In this document: piece after piece, positions 17,289-24,735 of the stretch
Position numbering within the stretch: position 1 is the stretch's first letter
Layout of the letters: every line of letters begins with the position of its first letter
Virus record (IMG/VR): IMGVR_UViG_3300050014_000374
Span: 1 to 26,865 of that record
Length of the DNA: 26,865 nt
Reading direction: 5' to 3' (one strand)
Source of the DNA: a virus
Taxonomy: Duplodnaviria; Caudoviricetes
Notes under the pieces: generated by a model
The model's database searches: none
What the model was told of the DNA's origin: nothing
What the model saw: the letters and a program-made list of their open reading frames with translations, nothing else
Translations under genes and position numbers: made by a program

Positions 17289-19301
17289 TTGCCCTCCCAA
17301 GAATCCATAGCGTTATCGAAACTTACAACTGATAAAATCAATTCCCTGTTATTATTAAGGGACGAAACAGCAGATAAGCAATACCTTGCATGGGAGAATG
17401 AACTACTTAATACCTACAAGCGTTCTTTACTTGCAATCAAAGATCAAATCCGTGCCATGTATGAAAAGTATGGGGAATCGGTTACTTTATCAGAAATGCA
17501 GTCCTTCAATCGGTTAAAGAATCTTGAATTACAGATTACTAAAGAGATCAACACGTTAAATACTAATATCACTATCAGAACCAGAAAACAGTTAGGCAAT
17601 TTCTTTGAATCTAATTATTATCAAACGGGCTTTGCTATTGAATCAGGCTTGGGGATGGATTTAAGTTTTGGTTTGTTGAATCCTTCGGTTATCCAGGCGG
17701 CAGTTGTTAATCCTTACGATTGGGAAGGGAGATTGAAGCTATGGAATAATAAATTACTGTTGGATATTAAGCAGAACGTAACTGATGGATTAACACAAGG
17801 GAATGGATTAGTAAAGACTACTAAAAATATTCAAACCTCTTTTGAAACTAATCTGGGCAAAAGAGCAGCAGATAAAATAACACGCTCAAATATTTTAAGA
17901 GTAGTAAGAACCGAATCCACAAGGGCACAGGAAATAGGAAATGTCTCTGGATTTTCACAAGCTCAACAGGATGCAAGCGATTTAGGTTTTGAAACATTAA
18001 AAATATGGGATGCTACACTTGATAGTAGAACACGCCCGAATCATGGGGCTATGGATGGCAAGGCAGCCGATAGTGAAGGGATGTTTCACTTTACAACTAT
18101 GGATGGGAATAAGATTCTTGTTGAGGCTCCGCATTTAACAAATACAACGGACGATATAAACTGTTTCCCTGAATATGTTAATGCCTTTTCAATCACCCCT
18201 ATCAAAAAGGCATATAAACGATTCTATGAGGGTGAATTAGTTGAGATCACTACTCGAAGTGGAATAAAGCTCACCGGTTCCCCTAAACACCCAATACTTA
18301 CCCCTGAAGGATGGATCGGCATAGGTTCTTTGAATAATGGGGATAATGTTTTGAAGTGTACTCTCAACAAGAATGTCGTTTCTTGCAACCCAAATATAAA
18401 TAATATTCCATCCCGAATTAGTAAAGTTTTTGATCTTTCTTCTATCTTTTTCCCTTGTCAGCGGACAGGCGGGGTCTCTCAACAATTCCATGGCGACGGA
18501 ACCGATGGCGATGTCGATATTGTATTGGTTAAAGGCCTTTTGAGGGATCGCATTAAATCCTTTTTGAGCAAACCAGTCAAGAATATATTTCTCACCCTCG
18601 CCGACCTTGGAAAGGGTCTTTTGTTTTGTATGAGCCGAAAGACTCATTTCCTCAATAGTCCTAACCCTACCAGTACAAGCTTTATGAGCAGCCTCGACTT
18701 GGTGAAGCCTTTTCTTTTTAGACATATTTTTCCATTTAAGAGATTCGCTCTCGGATTGAGTTCTGCGGGTAATGCCGTTTTTAGTGAGGATTCTTCTTAT
18801 AACGGCACGGCTAATATTAAAAGTTTTAGCGATTTGATTTTCGGAAACACCAGAGATATAGTCTTTGATAATTTTAGACGAATTAAAGATTTCAAATTTA
18901 CTCATATTATTTCTAAGAGTAAGTTGAGTACATTCTTTCGGGGTTCTCTTTTCAATACTATAGTCTCTCATAATTCTATCGACACACCCAGTGCTGATAT
19001 TGAAAATTTTTGCAAGGTCTTTCCGGTAAGTGCCGGAATTGTAAAGACTGATAAAGTGGTTAATATTAGAAAGTTTTATTTTAGCGGGCATTTGTATAAC
19101 CTTGAAACTGTTAATAATTATTATCTTGCTGCTAATATACAAAAAGACAACGACAATATCAATTTCTTAATAGCGCATAATTGCCGCTGCAATTCAAGAG
19201 TTGAAATCAAAGGCTTAGAGCCTTCTGTACGCAGGGATAATGAAAATAAAACAGTCATCAAATATCAGACTTACGATAAATGGAAGGAAACATTAAAATG
19301 A
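17289..19301 (+). CDS. minor head / head morphogenesis protein (SPP1 gp7 / Mu F family), intein-containing
   Basis: RVVRTESTRA, KIWDATLDSRTRPNH.AMDG. The family motif INCRC is restored after removing aa 292-631, giving a 330-aa mature protein. Confidence 0.88.
   Translation: MPSQESIALSKLTTDKINSLLLLRDETADKQYLAWENELLNTYKRSLLAIKDQIRAMYEKYGESVTLSEMQSFNRLKNLELQITKEINTLNTNITIRTRKQLGNFFESNYYQTGFAIESGLGMDLSFGLLNPSVIQAAVVNPYDWEGRLKLWNNKLLLDIKQNVTDGLTQGNGLVKTTKNIQTSFETNLGKRAADKITRSNILRVVRTESTRAQEIGNVSGFSQAQQDASDLGFETLKIWDATLDSRTRPNHGAMDGKAADSEGMFHFTTMDGNKILVEAPHLTNTTDDINCFPEYVNAFSITPIKKAYKRFYEGELVEITTRSGIKLTGSPKHPILTPEGWIGIGSLNNGDNVLKCTLNKNVVSCNPNINNIPSRISKVFDLSSIFFPCQRTGGVSQQFHGDGTDGDVDIVLVKGLLRDRIKSFLSKPVKNIFLTLADLGKGLLFCMSRKTHFLNSPNPTSTSFMSSLDLVKPFLFRHIFPFKRFALGLSSAGNAVFSEDSSYNGTANIKSFSDLIFGNTRDIVFDNFRRIKDFKFTHIISKSKLSTFFRGSLFNTIVSHNSIDTPSADIENFCKVFPVSAGIVKTDKVVNIRKFYFSGHLYNLETVNNYYLAANIQKDNDNINFLIAHNCRCNSRVEIKGLEPSVRRDNENKTVIKYQTYDKWKETLK
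18237..19091 (-). CDS. antisense intein-internal gene: 2x HTH plus Vsr/DUF559-like (PD-(D/E)xK) putative homing endonuclease
   Basis: 284 aa from ATG 19091. Tandem HTH units (LYNSG...KDLAKIFNIS...V.RI; DYISG.S..QIAKTFNIS...I.RIL), then GEKYILDWF..KG....PQ.....YNIDIAI..VAME...DRRK...F...GWNIIYIW. AAGGT SD. Confidence 0.8.
   Translation of the reverse strand: MPAKIKLSNINHFISLYNSGTYRKDLAKIFNISTGCVDRIMRDYSIEKRTPKECTQLTLRNNMSKFEIFNSSKIIKDYISGVSENQIAKTFNISRAVIRRILTKNGITRRTQSESESLKWKNMSKKKRLHQVEAAHKACTGRVRTIEEMSLSAHTKQKTLSKVGEGEKYILDWFAQKGFNAIPQKAFNQYNIDIAIGSVAMELLRDPACPLTREKDRRKIKNFTNSGWNIIYIWVARNDILVESTLQNIIPIIQRTYADPSFRGKYWVFRGTGELYSTSSSDLN
19134..19162 (-). promoter_or_regulatory. antisense sigma70-type promoter inside the intein
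   Basis: Minus strand TTGATA(19162-19157), 17 bp, TATATT(19139-19134), 43 nt upstream of ATG 19091. Confidence 0.65.
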
Positions 19302-19528
19302 TAGATCGTAAAATTGAATCCTTAACATTCCCCGTATTAAGACAAATGAATCTCATAAACGAGAAGGAGTTGAGGGATTTGTTTATCGTTAATGATTTCA
19401 AGGAGATGAGAGCAGAAGGGTTAACCGTTGAGGCGATAATTGAGATATGTTCACAAAAGAAATATAATAACCAGTATCTATCAAAATATATGATTAGGTA
19501 TATTATTTATAAAAAGGGGTTATCGTGA
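19298..19528 (+). CDS. small Mor-like/HTH-type DNA-binding protein (putative)
   Basis: ATGA-coupled start 19298. LRD..I..DF..MR..G.....I......YLS...IR.IIYK pattern. Confidence 0.5.
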   Translation: MIDRKIESLTFPVLRQMNLINEKELRDLFIVNDFKEMRAEGLTVEAIIEICSQKKYNNQYLSKYMIRYIIYKKGLS

Positions 19529-19665
19529 CAAATTCTTTGTTGATAATCTCTCATATAATCTAACAGGCTACAGCTCCAAAGCCATTTAGACATTTGATAA
19601 GAGATTGCTTTTGCCCTCCTTATATTTTTGCCATTAAACTTCCTCTTCTTTATCCTAGCCTTCAT
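19507..19665 (-). CDS. small basic protein (52 aa, not in ORF track)
   Basis: AAGGAG SD, ATGA overlap with the upstream minus-strand gene, MKARIKKRKFNGKNIRRAKAISYQMSKWLW... Confidence 0.5.
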   Translation of the reverse strand: MKARIKKRKFNGKNIRRAKAISYQMSKWLWSCSLLDYMRDYQQRICHDNPFL

Positions 19666-19814
19666 TTCTTCTCCTTAATCAGTTTCATTACAAAATCAGC
19701 AAGTCCCATAGCTCCCCTGGATAAGTTTATCAGATCAAACTCTTTAGAAGTTACCCGGAATTGTATTTGACAATCACGTCCGCCCTTGTGAGGGGTGATT
19801 ATGCGTTTAATCAT
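19662..19814 (-). CDS. ribbon-helix-helix-like small DNA-binding protein (putative)
   Basis: 50 aa, HKGGRDCQIQFRVTSKEFDLI...MGLADFVM: alternating strand then two helices. Confidence 0.55.
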   Translation of the reverse strand: MIKRIITPHKGGRDCQIQFRVTSKEFDLINLSRGAMGLADFVMKLIKEKK

Positions 19815-20031
19815 TTCCATATTCTTTTGTATAAAACTTAAATTCAAGTATAATCGTTTCAAATTCATCCGGTTTTCTTGGATTAAAAATCGGATATAAA
19901 TCAAAATAAAAGAATTTCGTTAAAATAAAACGCACTAACTTAAACAACAGTCCCTTACATAATACTTGCGCCTTGTTATATTTATAATCGCCACTAAAAT
20001 ATGTGTGGGAACCCAAAATTTGTCCTTCCAT
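19807..20031 (-). CDS. hypothetical protein, first gene of reverse-strand moron
   Basis: GAGGAAGG SD before ATG 20031, directly downstream of a predicted promoter. Confidence 0.5.
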   Translation of the reverse strand: MEGQILGSHTYFSGDYKYNKAQVLCKGLLFKLVRFILTKFFYFDLYPIFNPRKPDEFETIILEFKFYTKEYGND

Positions 20032-20067
20032 CGTCCTTCCTCTATAATTGTTTTTAATCCTACTTTT

Positions 20068-20096
20068 AATATACGAGAATGTATATCTAAAATCAA
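20068..20096 (-). promoter_or_regulatory. sigma70-type promoter of reverse-strand operon
   Basis: Minus strand TTGATT(20096-20091), 17 bp, TATATT(20073-20068). Confidence 0.6.
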
Positions 20097-20245
20097 TAGA
20101 CTTTCTAAAATTATTAGAATGATTTTATATAACCAAACACTTATTCTTTCGGTGTCGATATTTAGTATTTCCACGACAACAAAGGAAAGAGATTACGAAG
20201 AGAGAACTTCAACAAACACAGTCAAATCTAAACCATAAGGAATAT

Positions 20246-20890
20246 ATGGAAAAATTAACAAGTTTACCTACACCTGAATTATTTGCTTCAACTTACAAAG
20301 ATCAAATCTTATATGTTGCTAAAGCAGATGAAAATGTCATTGTTGATAATAATGGCAAGTATATGCCAGTCGATAAGCATAACGCTGAAATGACAGCAAA
20401 GAAACTTGAAATAGAAAACCTCAAATCTCAAAAAGACTCTACAGATGCTGAATTAACGAAGCTGAAAAAAGAGTTTAAGGATGTTGAGGGGTTTTCAGAT
20501 GCCATTAAAAAACTACAGACAGAGAATGCCGAAAAAGATAAAGTTCTCGAATCAACTAAGAAATCTTATACCATCAAAGAAGCGGTAAAAGATGCTTATA
20601 GAGATTTAGGCGTTAATGCAGAATACTTGGATTATGTAATAGGTAAGGAAAACCCCGAACTCGAAAAGGTGGAACTGAAAGAAGGTAAATTTGTGATCGA
20701 CACCGAAAAAGTTAAAACATTAAAAGAAAAATATAAAGCAGTAATCGGTATTACTACTGTTAAGGGCTTTACGCCTGATAATGGCAATATCGATACTTCC
20801 GGTGATGCTGAATTTAAGAAATACAACGTCACTCAACAAATTGAATTAAAGAAAAAAGACCCGGAAACATATAAACGAGTTTTCGGATAG
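20246..20890 (+). CDS. capsid scaffolding protein (GP20-like)
   Basis: G.YMP..K, charged coiled coil, C-terminal LKKKDPETYK, directly before the capsid gene. Confidence 0.75.
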   Translation: MEKLTSLPTPELFASTYKDQILYVAKADENVIVDNNGKYMPVDKHNAEMTAKKLEIENLKSQKDSTDAELTKLKKEFKDVEGFSDAIKKLQTENAEKDKVLESTKKSYTIKEAVKDAYRDLGVNAEYLDYVIGKENPELEKVELKEGKFVIDTEKVKTLKEKYKAVIGITTVKGFTPDNGNIDTSGDAEFKKYNVTQQIELKKKDPETYKRVFG

Positions 20891-20903
20891 GAGATAAAAT
20901 TTC

Positions 20904-21932
20904 ATGGCACTTCAAGCAACGGCAATTACCAATATTTATGAACCAACAATATGGTCTAAATATTTCATAGAACTTACTACTCAAAAATCATTACTTATTC
21001 AATCAGGTATAGCGGGCACAGACCTGGAACTAACAGCGGCAGCCAACGAGGGCGGACGTGTTGTTAATATGCCTTTCTGGGATGATCTTCCACATGATAC
21101 AGGTTCAACAACCAGATCAAAGGTCGCAACCGATACAGATGATGAAATCACACCGGCCGGAATTACATCCAATGAAGATATAGCAGTTAAAGAATTTAGA
21201 ACACAGGATTTCCAGGTTGCCCCGATAGTCAAATATGTGGCTGGTGACGATCCTGCAAATGTAATAGTTCAAAGATATGCAACATGGTGGAATAAAGAAG
21301 AGCAAAGACTTCTTCTACTTAAATTAACAGGTGCTTTCCTTAATTCAACCATTTACGGAAACTTACAGAATGATATTTCCACAGGTGCACCTACAACTAA
21401 TGCAGCTAATCTAATTTCAACAGATGCAATTCTTGATACCCAGTTTCTTTTAGGCGATGCTTATGAGAAATTGACCGGTATTATAATGCACTCAGTAGTT
21501 TTCAAAAGATTAGCTAAACTTGATTTGATTGATAACTTACCTGAGTCACAGCAAAGTCCATTGATTATGCCAACCTATCAGGGGAAGAAAATCCTTGTTG
21601 ATGACGGTATGACTGTATATGATGGTACTACTTACAAAAAGTATTATACTTATTTATTCGGACAGGGAGCAATCGGAAGGGTAGATATACCTCTTCAATC
21701 CGGCGATCCCGAACTTGAATTATTCAGAAATCCTAAAGCTGGCGTTGGTGCTGGTATGTTGGATATAATTTCAAGACGTTATTTCATTTTACACCTTAGA
21801 GGAATCAAGTATTATGATTCTAATATGGCTGGTGTTTCTCCCTCAGATGCTGAGTTAGTTGATCCTACAAATTATACTCAGGTTTATTTAACCAAGAATA
21901 TAAGAATCGCACGTTTGGTCACAAACGGGTAA
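20904..21932 (+). CDS. major capsid protein
   Basis: LIQSGIA, GG..VNMPFW.DL, AGDDP...I, LGDA...L..I.MHS.V...L, GK.ILVDD, TYLFG.GAI. AGGAG SD. Confidence 0.9.
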   Translation: MALQATAITNIYEPTIWSKYFIELTTQKSLLIQSGIAGTDLELTAAANEGGRVVNMPFWDDLPHDTGSTTRSKVATDTDDEITPAGITSNEDIAVKEFRTQDFQVAPIVKYVAGDDPANVIVQRYATWWNKEEQRLLLLKLTGAFLNSTIYGNLQNDISTGAPTTNAANLISTDAILDTQFLLGDAYEKLTGIIMHSVVFKRLAKLDLIDNLPESQQSPLIMPTYQGKKILVDDGMTVYDGTTYKKYYTYLFGQGAIGRVDIPLQSGDPELELFRNPKAGVGAGMLDIISRRYFILHLRGIKYYDSNMAGVSPSDAELVDPTNYTQVYLTKNIRIARLVTNG

Positions 21933-21944
21933 TTCAAACATTTA

Positions 21945-21966
21945 TGGGGTTGCATAAGCGACCCCA
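21945..21966 (+). terminator. hairpin after capsid gene (terminator or mRNA-stability hairpin)
   Basis: TGGGGTTGC-ATAA-GCGACCCCA stem, weak U tract. Confidence 0.55.
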
Positions 21967-21992
21967 AATTTAATATTAAAGGAAAAATAAAC

Positions 21993-22427
21993 ATGGAAAA
22001 ATCATTTAGTAGTATTGTAAATAAAGAAAAGCATGGATTAGGCGGAGTTGTTAAAACTCTCGCTTCTGCTTTTTCTGGCGATCTTGTTTTCGTAGTTAGT
22101 CCCGCAACCGTTACACCCGCCCCGAGGTCAACAGCATGGACAAGAACCGTAAAGGTTTATCTTAAAAATGCAGCTGGCGATATTCATACTTGGTTTAGCA
22201 AGGCCATTGCTACGGGTGTTTCTATTGCAGATACCTCAACGGCCGGAGCCGCTACTATTCCGAGTACAACCCTTACCTTTATCGAGGGCGTGGCCACCGT
22301 GGTGGTTAGCGGAGACGCACAGGCATGGCTTAATACAGAGACTGATACTTTGACGGTTCCACAAGCGACCATCTTGGGTTATACGGTGGCAGCGAAAACA
22401 AGTGTAGAAACCTTTACAACTCCTTAA
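21993..22427 (+). CDS. putative head decoration / Ig-like structural protein
   Basis: Thr/Ala/Val-rich, beta-type composition, directly after the capsid gene. Confidence 0.5.
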   Translation: MEKSFSSIVNKEKHGLGGVVKTLASAFSGDLVFVVSPATVTPAPRSTAWTRTVKVYLKNAAGDIHTWFSKAIATGVSIADTSTAGAATIPSTTLTFIEGVATVVVSGDAQAWLNTETDTLTVPQATILGYTVAAKTSVETFTTP

Positions 22428-22442
22428 TCCAAAGGATTATAA

Positions 22443-22730
22443 ATGATAACCTTTGAATTATTCGGGATTGTAAAATCTAAAGGTAAAACTATAGCCGTTG
22501 GTGACAGCGGCTTATTTTCTACCGATAATAATAAAGTCATATCTAAATTAGATCAACTCGGATTCAAAAGAATCGAATCAATCACTCTTGAAACAAGCGA
22601 AAAAAAAGAGTCCGAGTTGGTCCTTAAATCAGAACTTGAAGTGCCAAAAGGTGTAACGTTTCCTATAGAAATGAAAATACCCGATGCACATAATAAACCC
22701 ATTAAAAAACCGAAAGGTAAGAAGAAATGA
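22443..22730 (+). CDS. hypothetical protein
   Basis: AAGGA SD, 95 aa, basic tail. Confidence 0.55.
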   Translation: MITFELFGIVKSKGKTIAVGDSGLFSTDNNKVISKLDQLGFKRIESITLETSEKKESELVLKSELEVPKGVTFPIEMKIPDAHNKPIKKPKGKKK

Positions 22731-23593
22731 AAAAGATAATATTTGCAATTTTAGTTTTAATTGGCTCGGTTATTGTAATGGGACAGGACAGGACAGTATT
22801 ACCGAACACTCCTTTTTATAAAGATACCCTATCGGCAAGCAGAGATACAATAGATGTTCTATTCTCTGATTATGGAGATAAAGAAACATTTACCTTTACA
22901 GCCTACACCACTACAGGAACGGACACAGTTTTAATTTATACCAAGTCCTTAGATGGTACTATCTGGGTAAGTAAGGCTTCTTTTGCAATTACCACTACTC
23001 CGGTTGAATATGGGATAGATGATCCGGAACCTACTGCAATAAGAGTTATAAGCACAAGTAACGATGCCTCGACTACCGTATTTGTATTGGCAGGTAAGAA
23101 AGGTTTAATAAATGATTATGGAGAAACTTCAACCACTACAGTAACGATAGATCCCCCAACAGGTGGATTTGCTACAAATAATAAACTTGATTCTGCTGTA
23201 ACCATATTAAAGGCACCCCTTGACACAACCGGCAATTATGCAAGGAGTATAATCAAGGCTGATTTGGATAGTCTTAACGTTGTGAATATTTGTTTAGTAG
23301 ATTCTGCTAAAGGCGACACCCTTACAACTGCAGGACTTATACATCAGATAAATATTGCATCATTAGGAATATTGCATTGGTACATATACACCCTCTACTC
23401 TGATAGTGGGTATTATCATAAGGCTACTAAATGGGGTGGAAATGTTTTTGCAAGTTTACCCCCTGTGATGCCAGCATTGGGTAGCTTTACATCTGAAAAA
23501 TTAGATCCTGCACAATTCATTTATGTTGATTATTTGAAAAGCGGAATTCATAATGGCAGCCAAATAATATATGTACAAATACAAGGAAGATAG
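22727..23593 (+). CDS. signal-peptide-bearing hypothetical protein
   Basis: MKKIIFAILVLIGSVIVMG-Q, Thr/Asp/Ser-rich mature part. Confidence 0.6.
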   Translation: MKKIIFAILVLIGSVIVMGQDRTVLPNTPFYKDTLSASRDTIDVLFSDYGDKETFTFTAYTTTGTDTVLIYTKSLDGTIWVSKASFAITTTPVEYGIDDPEPTAIRVISTSNDASTTVFVLAGKKGLINDYGETSTTTVTIDPPTGGFATNNKLDSAVTILKAPLDTTGNYARSIIKADLDSLNVVNICLVDSAKGDTLTTAGLIHQINIASLGILHWYIYTLYSDSGYYHKATKWGGNVFASLPPVMPALGSFTSEKLDPAQFIYVDYLKSGIHNGSQIIYVQIQGR

Positions 23594-23597
23594 TAAT

Positions 23598-24734
23598 ATG
23601 AAAAATATAATTTTATTTGTAATGTTATTGAGTGGTCTTTTATTTGCACAAACAACACCAAGTGGATATACTGCCAATATCCATTTAAGAAAATGGGCTG
23701 ATGGTGCGATACACCCATCGGGCGATAGTCTCAATGCTAATTTAGATGGTATCGATACTCTTTTAGGAAAGCATAGTAATGCTGTTTTAATTAAATCAGA
23801 TAGAACAATTCATAGATATTCTACACTAAAATTAGCTGTTGCTGATGCTGATTCAGGAAGTGTTATTACATTATATCAGGGAGTTTACTCTGATTCCGTA
23901 ACTGTTACAACACAAGGAATAACCATTAAGGGCATTTCAAAGGAATCTGTTTTAATTACGGGAGCACTATATATAACTGCTTCTTTTGGAGAATTATCAA
24001 ATGTTAAAATATCTGGAAACTTAACTTTTATAGGACAAATTTCTACTGCTTGTTATGTAGTTAATGATTGTAGACTTGAAAATAATGTAAATGTAGGATT
24101 AGCAGGGATAGCAATAGCGAGCGATGTTGAGTTTAATAATTGTTATTTAGGTTCTGATGCTTCAACTTGGGCTGGAAGTTCAAAAACTTTTTATTTTAAT
24201 ACATCTATACAAAGAGCAATTTACTTTCACTGCTGTTACAGTTTCGCATGGCATGATAGTCAAGCATTTATTCTTAATGCATACTCACGAGTTGATTTAC
24301 AAACATGTGATCTTGCTCTCTATGGTGTATATTTTACCGGAGGTACCGGCTATACTGTTCCAATACCAGAATTGGATGCGAATGGTGGGAGATTTCAGAC
24401 TACTACTGGTGGGTATTCTAATAGTGGTTATTGTGTGATGGTTGCCAGAAATTGTGCATTTGGGTTTTCAAGCACAATTACTTTGAGCAATCATTTTCAA
24501 ATTCAGTTAATGCAGTGTACTATAGCGGCTGGAGCACCCAACTCCACAATAATATGTAATTCTGCTTCTAACAATTTGCAGATAATAATGTGTTATGGGG
24601 TTATAAATTTTAGTAATATAACAGGAAGCGGTTTAGCTAATCTACACATACAAGACTGTATTTTTGGTTTTGCCAAACCGACTGGAATAGCAAATGATGA
24701 TAATAATGTGTGGAACTCTTACGTGGAGTATTAA
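23598..24734 (+). CDS. signal-peptide-bearing beta-helix (pectin-lyase-like) protein
   Basis: MKNIILFVMLLSGLLFA-Q. Beta-helix cap YSTLKLAV..A.SGSVITL..GVY...V.....ITIKG and Asn/Cys ladders. Confidence 0.65.
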   Translation: MKNIILFVMLLSGLLFAQTTPSGYTANIHLRKWADGAIHPSGDSLNANLDGIDTLLGKHSNAVLIKSDRTIHRYSTLKLAVADADSGSVITLYQGVYSDSVTVTTQGITIKGISKESVLITGALYITASFGELSNVKISGNLTFIGQISTACYVVNDCRLENNVNVGLAGIAIASDVEFNNCYLGSDASTWAGSSKTFYFNTSIQRAIYFHCCYSFAWHDSQAFILNAYSRVDLQTCDLALYGVYFTGGTGYTVPIPELDANGGRFQTTTGGYSNSGYCVMVARNCAFGFSSTITLSNHFQIQLMQCTIAAGAPNSTIICNSASNNLQIIMCYGVINFSNITGSGLANLHIQDCIFGFAKPTGIANDDNNVWNSYVEY

Positions 24735-24735
24735 C

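Larger units (their letters stand above)
18162..19181 (+). mobile_element. intein (340 aa) inserted between N and C of the NCRC motif
   Basis: Block A CFPEYV, block B LTGSPKHPILTPEGW, block F HLYNLET..NYY.AN, block G IAHN followed by +1 Cys. Confidence 0.92.

Noticed and set aside
19092-19142. Longer start (TTG 19142) for the antisense ORF given by the track
   Set aside because: It lies within the predicted promoter spacer. ATG 19091 has an SD and begins the HTH domain.
19935-20238. ORFs 19935-20174 (-) and 19966-20238 (+)
   Set aside because: They overlap the predicted promoter region and a better-supported ORF, with low-complexity AT-rich translations and no clear RBS.
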